Below, in pieces: positions 46,841-60,900 of a stretch of DNA of 64,000 nt. This stretch comes from Macrostomum hystrix (taxonomy: Eukaryota; Animalia; Platyhelminthes). The position numbers and the translations under genes were made by a program. Within the stretch, counting starts at the first letter, position 1, and every line of letters starts with the position of its first letter. The DNA lies in assembly GCA_950097015.1 (NCBI GenBank), contig CATNEN010000003.1:124001-188000 (forward strand). The letters are read 5' to 3'. The notes under the pieces were generated by a model. The model made no database searches. It worked only from the letters and a program-made list of their open reading frames with translations, and was not told the DNA's origin.

Positions 46841-48760
46841 GCCTTTTGGTACATATATCGTTCACGTTTTGATTCGCTACACGTGAGAGCTAATAAGGGC
46901 CCTAGAAATGGCGTCCACGTGTGTTGCTACTAGACTTGCATTACACCTAAAAAAAATCTTCTGGAATCGCTAAAAAGACATAAATTTTTCTTTATTTATG
47001 TCGCTTATGTTGTTACTTGAAGTAGATACGAACAGCATTTTTTGCTCGTTTGGTGAAAGAAGTTTGAGCCAACCAAGTACTCTCGCAGCTGCTTGCTTCA
47101 CTTCATCGCTGACGGCTTTGTTGAAATAACGCAAGATAGCAATGTGAAACGCAAAAAGAAGTAAGGCAATCTGACCAAGCGTTATCTGAGGCAAGATGCA
47201 GTGTCGAATGTCTTTTCTATGCACCAGCATACATTTCTACTGTTCGAAAAGCTGCTCGGAAAACATGCACTGCGACATCATCTGCGCGTCTAGAGGTTCA
47301 AAACATGCGTCTTGATGACAAGATAGCTGACTTATTGATCAATGATTAAATTCTAAATTTTGATCTTTAGAAATAAAAACTGCTCAATTTAGAAGAAACG
47401 AGACCAGGTGGCTTTCAAACTGCAATTTGCAGAGTTGTTCATGTTGCAGGTTCATCGGCATGTATTGGACCGAATCACAAATTGGACTGAATGGCACGGC
47501 ACGGTTACAAGTCAAGGTTGTAGACACAGAATACACCAGAATGCTCAATCAGCTTCCAAATTGAAAGCCGAAATATAAAACCATGAAATGAAAGCGACAT
47601 GAAAATGTAGATATTAATTGTGAACTTTCGTCAGTAAAGTTGTGAATTGGATGACTCGAGTAAAAAAACTGGAAAGTAGGTCTTGAACGCGCTGAGCAGG
47701 AGGCGTTATCAGATACTGCTGTTGAGAAGCATTTTGCTCACTTCATGGACGTAGCCCAAAACAATCTGACAAGTGCTCTAGAGCAGAAGGAAGACAGGTC
47801 GGTGAATTTTGTTCGAGAGCAGCTGCAGTTAAGTAGTGTGCCTAAGCCTCAAGGTCTTGTGCTAAATTATTTTTTCAGTAAGTGCTCAAACCTACCGACT
47901 TCTACGTGAGCAACAGATTCTTTGCCTTCAGACCGAACTCTAGAATCAGTCACACGGAAAATTGGAAAGGATGGATTGGATTCGCAAAGTTAACTTCGGC
48001 TCAGAGCGTCCAAACCCACACATGCGAAGCGAGTTGTGATTCTGATTATTGATGAGATCTATAGGGCCAATCGAATCAAGTGCTGTGGTGGCTAAGTGAA
48101 TGTTTCCATGATTCTGTGGCAAAGTTGACAGCACAGAAGTTCAATCACTGTGAGTTGCTGCGCAGCCTGCAGTTCTCAGTCAGTGCGATATATGTTGACG
48201 ATTATGCACCAGTAAACACAAGGTTCGTCACTGATTTTATGTGCGACGGTGAGTTGAACAAGGCCACAGGGCAGCCCTTCTTGATGTGAAAGAAGTAAAA
48301 GTGCATTTTCAACAGTATAAAGAAACTTTTAGTCCAAGATATTTCGGTTGGTGGAGCTATGCCTAAAGTTAGCGAAAGTCGGCCAAACTTTCCAGTGCAA
48401 CTTCAGACAAGTGTCGATGACTAAATTACTTCTCTCTGCCGTTGCCGTTGATGTTTTTTCGTGACAAAGGGGGTGTCAAACTCGATCCAAACCGACTGAA
48501 ATCAGTAGCAGGTCGACCCAGTCGAAACGAAACTCCAAAACATCTCACCCATTCCCCCAATCGAATAAGGTCCGAGAATTGACCTCGAGCTCCATTCTAG
48601 AGCCTTATGTTGACAATAAATCCCCATTTTATCCCAATGCTTCATTTATCCCACAGGGTACCATGGTAAGGACTGGGGTAAAATCTCTCGGTGTATCTAG
48701 TGCTGACGAAAGTGGCCTCATGAGGTAACATGTATTTATTCGCTTCAATTTCGGATACTA

Positions 48761-50440
48761 AAACGGGTGTCCCAAAAAATAGGGCCAAATAAACTGTCGA
48801 TTGTGGCGTTCCCTCTCAACCGACAAGTTTAAAACTTAACAGATTGTAAACACTTTTAAGTTTTTTTCAGTAAAGTTTTAGAACTCCAACTGATGCTGAT
48901 ATGCAGTATGATTGCTATTAGAAGATTGGGGTACTGTTTTTTGTTTCATGAAGACAGCAGCTCATATCTTCAACATAAGGTTTGGCCATAGACTAGTAGC
49001 TTCTTAGCCTGACTGCGTGTTGGAGAAAGTGGTGAGGCATTTCTGGCAACTAATCATAAAGTCGGTTTAACTCCGCAGTCGCTATGGCTTGTAAATTCAC
49101 CGAAGCTCAGCGGCTCAGGATCGTTGAGTTTTTTACCAAAGTGGAGAGGGCGTTCTTCGAACAGTTCGCCGGTTCAACACATGGAGAGGACAGCAAGCCA
49201 AAGCCACTGGAATTCCACTGTGCAGCAAGCGGAATGTGCAGCGCCTGATCGAAAAATTCCGCTGCAAATGGCGCTCAAAGGATTCGCCATGGACTGCAAG
49301 ACAGAGGTGAAAGTATTTGACGTCTGGGTAGAAATGCACGAAAGACGGACTTCGATCAGGCAGGTGTCAGCTAATCTGCACATTTCACGCGCAAATGTTC
49401 AACAAATTGCCAAAGGCGCTCTCCACTTTCGCTTTCGGAGCTGACAAACTGACACAAACTGGCCGGTTTTTTGACGTGCCGTGGCCATCGCGCTTGCCGG
49501 ACCTCAATCCAGTCGACTTTTTTCTCTTGGGCTTCATGCGAGATCTCGTGTACGCCCATGGCCGTTTCCATGGCAAGGCACAACTGGATGCTGCCATCTT
49601 GGAGGCTGCCAACTGACGTGGGAGAATAAAATGGACGCCACGCGAAATGCGGCTGAGTCGTTTCCGGCCCGTCTGCAAGAGTGCATTGCAAACGATTAAA
49701 GTCAGCTTGGGCGGGCTTCTTGAACTTTAAAATGCTTTAGGTTTTCCAATCAACTTGAAACTTCACCCACTGTCTTCTAGTGGGTCTATGACTGACTGTT
49801 ATAGACTGTCATAATCTCTATTGAAGTTTAATCCTGTTTATTTGCCATTCTCCCACAAAAAACACCCAACAAAAACTTTCTTTAAGGAATCATAATTCTC
49901 AATGTGCCACAAGGTGTGGTAATCGTGTGCCATTCCATAGAAAGTAATTGTAGAAAGAACAAAATGTTTTTTTTAACTCAGCACCCTTAAAAATATTTAT
50001 AGACAGATTTATGCGCTTACTAAAACTGGAACTATTTCATAGGATAAAAGTTCAAGAAGCCCGGCAGCTTCGGCACAGGTAAAGTCGTGAATGCGCCTGC
50101 TCTTTCTCTCGGGTCTTTGTTGCATCACACTGTTTGTGACAGTTAATTTATTACATTTGTGTTAGTTAGTTATTTAGACTGTTACCAATTTCTATCTGTT
50201 CACACTTTCTCCACATCAGCAGCTTCTGCTGCTGTCTGCGGCAATGCACAGTAGCAGCCAAATAAAACAATACACGCATCTTTTAATAGCAATCATACTG
50301 CATATCCGCATCAGTTGGAGTTGAAACTTTACTGCAAAAAACGTATAAGTATTTACAATCAATCTGAGCTTTAAACTTGTCGGTTAAGAGGTAACGCCAC
50401 AATCGATAGTTTATTTCGCCCTATTTTTTGAAACACCGCG
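48761..50440 (+). mobile_element. Degenerate Tc1/mariner element (DD41D-like) with long (about 170-bp) TIRs
   Basis: 48763-48930 is a diverged reverse complement of about 50275-50440; internal WPSRLPDLNPVDFFLLGFMRDLVY and HTH-like RRTSIRQVSANLHISRANVQQI; catalytic core deleted. Confidence 0.8.
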
Positions 50441-51930
50441 CCCTATTTTTATATATATCTATGGAGTATCCGATAGATATAAATCGTCATATGAAAAATC
50501 TATGATGATATAATGATATCATGATATGTACATGTCCAGGACAAAACCCATGGGCTTCTTTAGCTATCATCTGGACCGGAAGACTCTACCCCGAGTCTAC
50601 AACATGAGGCCATGGATTTCCCGGCAGATAAAGTCAAGATGTTTCGCTCTTCAGCTTCTTTCAATGTCTGACAGAAACGCTTTTGTTAAAGGCAACCAGT
50701 AAATCATTCAGAGATCAAATGCATTGGTACAAGCAAAATAAATGTAAAAAAATTTAGCCTAGTTGATTTTCTTGTGTACACAGATGGGATTCAGGATCTA
50801 GAAGTCCATGACAAAACTAGACCAGCCGACTTGAAATCAAGAAGCCTGTTTTTTGTCTTAAAGCAAATCTTCGAGCTAGATATACGAGAGGTATCCCAGA
50901 ATTGGGTGGAAACCTACCTGCAAGCTGACAGTGAAACAACCATTTAATGTAACTTGCAACACAAAATACATATAGATTCCACCATTCCATTTCAATTGCA
51001 ACTTTTTATGATTTATAAATGATAGCTCCTTCAAATGTATTGACAAACTTTAAACATGAGGTTGGGCATGGACTTCTCTGGAGTTAGCATCTAGCATCTG
51101 CATCGATATAATTCCGGATGACTCAATTCAGAACCTTCCGTCCAGATGCTCGCTAGAGATTTTTAGACCAAGAAGTCCTTTATAATATCTAGGAGTCGAA
51201 ACTTGCCAGCAACATGAGAGCCTTTTCCTTTAACGAGAACCTTAGATTGAGTCAGACTCAAGATCCATCCATGGAATATTTAATATACAGTATACTTAGT
51301 CTCATTTAAAGGCGTTATTTATGATCATTTAGAACAAACTTAGATGTTCATTGCAAACACTTTTACGTATGGTCCAAAGCCAAACTGGTGGATAGCAAAA
51401 ATCGACTTCACTTTATACCCCTGCATTGGGGTATGTGCATTGTCGAATTATATGTAATACTAAACTCTCTGGGCCTACAATGTTTTGGTCACCGTGTTTA
51501 TAAGTTCTGACCATTTAATGATGGATATTCATTATGAAAATTCGGCTAGCTTGCACAACAATCAGGACAGGATACTGGTTCTATATCCAGAAAATTGGTG
51601 CAGCTCTTTGTCAGAAACCATATACAGCCGCTGAAGCTGAGCTGCAAAAGCATTTGCCAAGAAAATAAAGGCAATTAAGGCAGTCTACAGTCTACAACTG
51701 TAGGCAACTACAGTTGTGTCCATTCATTTATCTTTCTTAGTGTCTAAAATTCTTAACAGATGAACGCAATATACACAAGCCTATTCTTGAGACATAGACA
51801 TTTTTCAACGGCTACACTTGTGCCCTGGAAATTTGATTGCTAGTTCCTAGTAAGCGCCTAGATGCAGTAATGGCTTAAGCAACATAATTTAACCCCAAAG
51901 CGTTAAACATTGATCCAGACTCAGACTTGA

Positions 51931-54900
51931 AAATAAAAGAGTTGTAAGCGTTGACAAAATGGAAGACGAAAATGATGAGTATTTGTACCATGTCTATCGA
52001 TGGAGCCGCGGTCAGGACGTCGACGTAGTACCGTTGCATACAATGGAAAGCTACATCATGTCAAGCTTTGCAACCAACTTAAATACTTTTCGAGACCCCG
52101 GCAATCCTGATTTTAAACCGTTCTATCACGACCACATGGAAAATGATGGAAAGAAGAGACAATTTGCTGATGAGCAGTCCTTCAGGAACCGAACACGTCT
52201 TTCTGTCAGACGGGTACTCGGCTGTGGACACTTTATTCTGTGTGTGCTTTACATGCAATACAACAAGCTAGAGCGAATACACGGTGAGTCCTGGCCTTGC
52301 CTGGAGCTCTGGCAGAGGCACAAGGAAGTATTGCTTTCACAGAACCTGCTCAATCTTGATGCTCCATGTGATCCGGAAGCTGCCTATGCTTGGATGAAAG
52401 ACTTCTATGAAGACCTGTTTACTACGATTCCTCAGGATCAGTTTTGGAATGCAAGTTTGATAGCTTTTACGAAGCTGTCCTTCACTGCACCATGCGACAA
52501 AGATGCAGACGCGCACACTGAAAAATTTCTTCGCAATTATGCGTAAGTTTATTTGAAAACTTAAACCGTGATAAACACTAATGGGACTAAGGGGTTTATC
52601 ACTAAGGGGTTAAACACTAAGGGGTTTATCACGTGATAAACGAACGTGATAAACACTAAGGAAAAATTATTGCGTATTATCTTTATAAACACTTTTTACG
52701 TCCGCCCAGCACAGCAGGGCAATAATTTGACACAAAAGCTCTTTATTGTTACAGAAAGTTTATCTGCTTCTACCTGCACAACATGCACGAGTTCGGCTTG
52801 TTGGAAGGCGACCCGCTGCAGCAATACTACAGTCTAATGCGAAAGAAGGGCGATCCTCCTGCTGTACAAGTAACACGCAGTCAAAAAGACTACCTAAAGG
52901 CAACGAAAACTACTGTAAAGATAACAAAGACAGTTCTAGCTCAAATTAAAAACACAGAAGCAAAAAATGATGCAGCTTCCAAAAGCGATGGTCAGAAAGC
53001 AGTTTCATTCAAAAGCACCAGTAGCGCATTGACCGAGCGTGCTACTCGCGATACGCAGCAAGTGGATACAGTTAAAGAATCAAAGAAAGAGTCACTCCCA
53101 TCAACAGCAACAAAAGACTCGAGATTTTCTATTATTAGTCATAAAAGCACACTGGACAAAAAAGATAATGACTTCAAAAACTCAAAAAGCCAAGTGATAG
53201 CTCAAAAAGCAACGACCGGGTCGGATACTTCAATTGTAAATAAGAGATCCGTAGCTGAACCATCCACTTCGCGACCAGATACCCAGAATAAAAAGCCGGA
53301 TGTTTCGACTGGCACTAAAAGTGAAGCGGTGACATCAAAGACAAAGACAACGACCGAGTCGGATACTTCGATTGTAAATAAGAGATCCGTAGCTGAACCA
53401 TCCACTTCGCGACCAGATACCCAGAATAAAAAGCCGGATGTTTCGACTGGCACTAAAAGTGAAGCGGTGACATCAAAGACAAAGACAACGACCGAGTCGG
53501 ATACTTCGATTGTAAATAAGAGATCCGTAGCTGAACCATCCACTTCGCGACCAGATACCCAGAATAAAAAGCCGGATGTTTCGACTGGCACTAAAAGTGA
53601 AGCGGTGACATCAAAGACAAAGACAACGACCGAGTCGGATACTTCAATTGTAAATAAGAGATCCGTAGCTGAACCATCCACTTTGCGACCAGATACCCAG
53701 AATAAAAAGCCGGATGTTTCGACTGGCACTAAAAGCGAAGCGGTGACATCAAAGACAAAGACAACGACCGAGTCGGATACTTCGATTGTAAATAAGAGAG
53801 TTGTAAGCGTTGACAAAATGGAAGACGAAAATGATGAGTATTTGTACCATGTCTATCGATGGAGCCGCGGTCAGGACGTCGACGTAGTACCGTTGCATAC
53901 AATGGAAAGCTACATCATGTCAAGCTTTGCAACCAACTTAAATACTTTTCGAGACCCCGGCAATCCTGATTTTAAACCGTTCTATCACGACCACATGGAA
54001 AATGATGGAAAGAAGAGACAATTTGCTGATGAGCAGTCCTTCAGGAACCGAACACGTCTTTCTGTCAGACGGGTACTCGGCTGTGGACACTTTATTCTGT
54101 GTGTGCTTTACATGCAATACAACAAGCTAGAGCGAATACACGGTGAGTCCTGGCCTTGCCTGGAGCTCTGGCAGAGGCACAAGGAAGTATTGCTTTCACA
54201 GAACCTGCTCAATCTTGATGCTCCATGTGATCCGGAAGCTGCCTATGCTTGGATGAAAGACTTCTATGAAGACCTGTTTACTACGATTCCTCAGGATCAG
54301 TTTTGGAATGCAAGTTTGATAGCTTTTACGAAGCTGTCCTTCACTGCACCATGCGACAAAGATGCAGACGCGCACACTGAAAAATTTCTTCGCAATTATG
54401 CGTAAGTTTATTTGAAAACTTAAACCGTGATAAACACTAATGGGACTAAGGGGTTTATCACTAAGGGGTTAAACACTAAGGGGTTTATCACGTGATAAAC
54501 GAACGTGATAAACACTAAGGAAAAATTATTGCGTATTATCTTTATAAACACTTTTTACGTCCGCCCAGCACAGCAGGGCAATAATTTGACACAAAAGCTC
54601 TTTATTGTTACAGAAAGTTTATCTGCTTCTACCTGCACAACATGCACGAGTTCGGCTTGTTGGAAGGCGACCCGCTGCAGCAATACTACAGTCTAATGCG
54701 AAAGAAGGGCGATCCTCCTGCTGTACAAGTAACACGCAGTCAAAAAGACTACCTAAAGGCAACGAAAACTACTGTAAAGATAACAAAGACAGTTCTAGCT
54801 CAAATTAAAAACACAGAAGCAAAAAATGATGCAGCTTCCAAAAGCGATGGTCAGAAAGCAGTTTCATTCAAAAGCACCAGTAGCGCATTGACCGAGCGTG

Positions 54901-57900
54901 CTACTCGCGATACGCAGCAAGTGGATACAGTTAAAGAATCAAAGAAAGAGTCACTCCCATCAACAGCAACAAAAGACTCGAGATTTTCTATTATTAGTCA
55001 TAAAAGCACACTGGACAAAAAAGATAATGACTTCAAAAACTCAAAAAGCCAAGTGATAGCTCAAAAAGCAACGACCGGGTCGGATACTTCAATTGTAAAT
55101 AAGAGATCCGTAGCTGAACCATCCACTTCGCGACCAGATACCCAGAATAAAAAGCCGGATGTTTCGACTGGCACTAAAAGTGAAGCGGTGACATCAAAGA
55201 CAAAGACAACGACCGAGTCGGATACTTCGATTGTAAATAAGAGATCCGTAGCTGAACCATCCACTTCGCGACCAGATACCCAGAATAAAAAGCCGGATGT
55301 TTCGACTGGCACTAAAAGTGAAGCGGTGACATCAAAGACAAAGACAACGACCGAGTCGGATACTTCGATTGTAAATAAGAGATCCGTAGCTGAACCATCC
55401 ACTTCGCGACCAGATACCCAGAATAAAAAGCCGGATGTTTCGACTGGCACTAAAAGTGAAGCGGTGACATCAAAGACAAAGACAACGACCGAGTCGGATA
55501 CTTCAATTGTAAATAAGAGATCCGTAGCTGAACCATCCACTTTGCGACCAGATACCCAGAATAAAAAGCCGGATGTTTCGACTGGCACTAAAAGCGAAGC
55601 GGTGACATCAAAGACAAAGACAACGACCGAGTCGGATACTTCGATTGTAAATAAGAGAGTTGTAAGCGTTGACAAAATGGAAGACGAAAATGATGAGTAT
55701 TTGTACCATGTCTATCGATGGAGCCGCGGTCAGGACGTCGACGTAGTACCGTTGCATACAATGGAAAGCTACATCATGTCAAGCTTTGCAACCAACTTAA
55801 ATACTTTTCGAGACCCCGGCAATCCTGATTTTAAACCGTTCTATCACGACCACATGGAAAATGATGGAAAGAAGAGACAATTTGCTGATGAGCAGTCCTT
55901 CAGGAACCGAACACGTCTTTCTGTCAGACGGGTACTCGGCTGTGGACACTTTATTCTGTGTGTGCTTTACATGCAATACAACAAGCTAGAGCGAATACAC
56001 GGTGAGTCCTGGCCTTGCCTGGAGCTCTGGCAGAGGCACAAGGAAGTATTGCTTTCACAGAACCTGCTCAATCTTGATGCTCCATGTGATCCGGAAGCTG
56101 CCTATGCTTGGATGAAAGACTTCTATGAAGACCTGTTTACTACGATTCCTCAGGATCAGTTTTGGAATGCAAGTTTGATAGCTTTTACGAAGCTGTCCTT
56201 CACTGCACCATGCGACAAAGATGCAGACGCGCACACTGAAAAATTTCTTCGCAATTATGCGTAAGTTTATTTGAAAACTTAAACCGTGATAAACACTAAT
56301 GGGACTAAGGGGTTTATCACTAAGGGGTTAAACACTAAGGGGTTTATCACGTGATAAACGAACGTGATAAACACTAAGGAAAAATTATTGCGTATTATCT
56401 TTATAAACACTTTTTACGTCCGCCCAGCACAGCAGGGCAATAATTTGACACAAAAGCTCTTTATTGTTACAGAAAGTTTATCTGCTTCTACCTGCACAAC
56501 ATGCACGAGTTCGGCTTGTTGGAAGGCGACCCGCTGCAGCAATACTACAGTCTAATGCGAAAGAAGGGCGATCCTCCTGCTGTACAAGTAACACGCAGTC
56601 AAAAAGACTACCTAAAGGCAACGAAAACTACTGTAAAGATAACAAAGACAGTTCTAGCTCAAATTAAAAACACAGAAGCAAAAAATGATGCAGCTTCCAA
56701 AAGCGATGGTCAGAAAGCAGTTTCATTCAAAAGCACCAGTAGCGCATTGACCGAGCGTGCTACTCGCGATACGCAGCAAGTGGATACAGTTAAAGAATCA
56801 AAGAAAGAGTCACTCCCATCAACAGCAACAAAAGACTCGAGATTTTCTATTATTAGTCATAAAAGCACACTGGACAAAAAAGATAATGACTTCAAAAACT
56901 CAAAAAGCCAAGTGATAGCTCAAAAAGCAACGACCAGGTCGGATACTTCAATTGTAAATAAGAGATCCGTAGCTGAACCATCCACTTCGCGACCAGATAC
57001 CCAGAATAAAAAGCCGGATGTTTCGACTGGCACTAAAAGTGAAGCGGTGACATCAAAGACAAAGACAACGACCGAGTCGGATACTTCGATTGTAAATAAG
57101 AGATCCGTAGCTGAACCATCCACTTCGCGACCAGATACCCAGAATAAAAAGCCGGATGTTTCGACTGGCACTAAAAGTGAAGCGGTGACATCAAAGACAA
57201 AGACAACGACCGAGTCGGATACTTCGATTGTAAATAAGAGATCCGTAGCTGAACCATCCACTTCGCGACCAGATACCCAGAATAAAAAGCCGGATGTTTC
57301 GACTGGCACTAAAAGTGAAGCGGTGACATCAAAGACAAAGACAACGACCGAGTCGGATACTTCAATTGTAAATAAGAGATCCGTAGCTGAACCATCCACT
57401 TTGCGACCAGATACCCAGAATAAAAAGCCGGATGTTTCGACTGGCACTAAAAGCGAAGCGGTGACATCAAAGACAAAGACAACGACCGAGTCGGATACTT
57501 CGATTGTAAATAAGAGAGTTGTAAGCGTTGACAAAATGGAAGACGAAAATGATGAGTATTTGTACCATGTCTATCGATGGAGCCGCGGTCAGGACGTCGA
57601 CGTAGTACCGTTGCATACAATGGAAAGCTACATCATGTCAAGCTTTGCAACCAACTTAAATACTTTTCGAGACCCCGGCAATCCTGATTTTAAACCGTTC
57701 TATCACGACCACATGGAAAATGATGGAAAGAAGAGACAATTTGCTGATGAGCAGTCCTTCAGGAACCGAACACGTCTTTCTGTCAGACGGGTACTCGGCT
57801 GTGGACACTTTATTCTGTGTGTGCTTTACATGCAATACAACAAGCTAGAGCGAATACACGGTGAGTCCTGGCCTTGCCTGGAGCTCTGGCAGAGGCACAA

Positions 57901-60900
57901 GGAAGTATTGCTTTCACAGAACCTGCTCAATCTTGATGCTCCATGTGATCCGGAAGCTGCCTATGCTTGGATGAAAGACTTCTATGAAGACCTGTTTACT
58001 ACGATTCCTCAGGATCAGTTTTGGAATGCAAGTTTGATAGCTTTTACGAAGCTGTCCTTCACTGCACCATGCGACAAAGATGCAGACGCGCACACTGAAA
58101 AATTTCTTCGCAATTATGCGTAAGTTTATTTGAAAACTTAAACCGTGATAAACACTAATGGGACTAAGGGGTTTATCACTAAGGGGTTAAACACTAAGGG
58201 GTTTATCACGTGATAAACGAACGTGATAAACACTAAGGAAAAATTATTGCGTATTATCTTTATAAACACTTTTTACGTCCGCCCAGCACAGCAGGGCAAT
58301 AATTTGACACAAAAGCTCTTTATTGTTACAGAAAGTTTATCTGCTTCTACCTGCACAACATGCACGAGTTCGGCTTGTTGGAAGGCGACCCGCTGCAGCA
58401 ATACTACAGTCTAATGCGAAAGAAGGGCGATCCTCCTGCTGTACAAGTAACACGCAGTCAAAAAGACTACCTAAAGGCAACGAAAACTACTGTAAAGATA
58501 ACAAAGACAGTTTTAGCTCAAATTAAAAACACAGAAGCAAAAAATGATGCAGCTTCCAAAAGCGATGGTCAGAAAGCAGTTTCATTCAAAAGCACCAGTA
58601 GCGCATTGACCGAGCGTGCTACTCGCGATACGCAGCAAGTGGATACAGTTAAAGAATCAAAGAAAGAGTCACTCCCATCAACAGCAACAAAAGACTCGAG
58701 ATTTTCTATTATTAGTCATAAAAGCACACTGGACAAAAAAGATAATGACTTCAAAAACTCAAAAAGCCAAGTGATAGCTCAAAAAGCAACGACCGGGTCG
58801 GATACTTCAATTGTAAATAAGAGATCCGTAGCTGAACCATCCACTTCGCGACCAGATACCCAGAATAAAAAGCCGGATGTTTCGACTGGCACTAAAAGTG
58901 AAGCGGTGACATCAAAGACAAAGACAACGACCGAGTCGGATACTTCGATTGTAAATAAGAGATCCGTAGCTGAACCATCCACTTCGCGACCAGATACCCA
59001 GAATAAAAAGCCGGATGTTTCGACTGGCACTAAAAGTGAAGCGGTGACATCAAAGACAAAGACAACGACCGAGTCGGATACTTCGATTGTAAATAAGAGA
59101 TCCGTAGCTGAACCATCCACTTCGCGACCAGATACCCAGAATAAAAAGCCGGATGTTTCGACTGGCACTAAAAGTGAAGCGGTGACATCAAAGACAAAGA
59201 CAACGACCGAGTCGGATACTTCAATTGTAAATAAGAGATCCGTAGCTGAACCATCCACTTTGCGACCAGATACCCAGAATAAAAAGCCGGATGTTTCGAC
59301 TGGCACTAAAAGCGAAGCGGTGACATCAAAGACAAAGACAACGACCGAGTCGGATACTTCGATTGTAAATAAGAGAGTTGTAAGCGTTGACAAAATGGAA
59401 GACGAAAATGATGAGTATTTGTACCATGTCTATCGATGGAGCCGCGGTCAGGACGTCGACGTAGTACCGTTGCATACAATGGAAAGCTACATCATGTCAA
59501 GCTTTGCAACCAACTTAAATACTTTTCGAGACCCCGGCAATCCTGATTTTAAACCGTTCTATCACGACCACATGGAAAATGATGGAAAGAAGAGACAATT
59601 TGCTGATGAGCAGTCCTTCAGGAACCGAACACGTCTTTCTGTCAGACGGGTACTCGGCTGTGGACACTTTATTCTGTGTGTGCTTTACATGCAATACAAC
59701 AAGCTAGAGCGAATACACGGTGAGTCCTGGCCTTGCCTGGAGCTCTGGCAGAGGCACAAGGAAGTATTGCTTTCACAGAACCTGCTCAATCTTGATGCTC
59801 CATGTGATCCGGAAGCTGCCTATGCTTGGATGAAAGACTTCTATGAAGACCTGTTTACTACGATTCCTCAGGATCAGTTTTGGAATGCAAGTTTGATAGC
59901 TTTTACGAAGCTGTCCTTCACTGCACCATGCGACAAAGATGCAGACGCGCACACTGAAAAATTTCTTCGCAATTATGCGTAAGTTTATTTGAAAACTTAA
60001 ACCGTGATAAACACTAATGGGACTAAGGGGTTTATCACTAAGGGGTTAAACACTAAGGGGTTTATCACGTGATAAACGAACGTGATAAACACTAAGGAAA
60101 AATTATTGCGTATTATCTTTATAAACACTTTTTACGTCCGCCCAGCACAGCAGGGCAATAATTTGACACAAAAGCTCTTTATTGTTACAGAAAGTTTATC
60201 TGCTTCTACCTGCACAACATGCACGAGTTCGGCTTGTTGGAAGGCGACCCGCTGCAGCAATACTACAGTCTAATGCGAAAGAAGGGCGATCCTCCTGCTG
60301 TACAAGTAACACGCAGTCAAAAAGACTACCTAAAGGCAACGAAAACTACTGTAAAGATAACAAAGACAGTTCTAGCTCAAATTAAAAACACAGAAGCAAA
60401 AAATGATGCAGCTTCCAAAAGCGATGGTCAGAAAGCAGTTTCATTCAAAAGCACCAGTAGCGCATTGACCGAGCGTGCTACTCGCGATACGCAGCAAGTG
60501 GATACAGTTAAAGAATCAAAGAAAGAGTCACTCCCATCAACAGCAACAAAAGACTCGAGATTTTCTATTATTAGTCATAAAAGCACACTGGACAAAAAAG
60601 ATAATGACTTCAAAAACTCAAAAAGCCAAGTGATAGCTCAAAAAGCAACGACCGGGTCGGATACTTCAATTGTAAATAAGAGATCCGTAGCTGAACCATC
60701 CACTTCGCGACCAGATACCCAGAATAAAAAGCCGGATGTTTCGACTGGCACTAAAAGTGAAGCGGTGACATCAAAGACAAAGACAACGACCGAGTCGGAT
60801 ACTTCGATTGTAAATAAGAGATCCGTAGCTGAACCATCCACTTCGCGACCAGATACCCAGAATAAAAAGCCGGATGTTTCGACTGGCACTAAAAGTGAAG

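Noticed and set aside
47000-48300. Decayed coding or transposase sequence
   Set aside because: No recognisable motif or sustained frame.
50530-51660. Upstream exons of the giant repeat gene
   Set aside because: Exon-like patches exist but contain stops and I could not build a consistent spliced frame; possibly a pseudogene.
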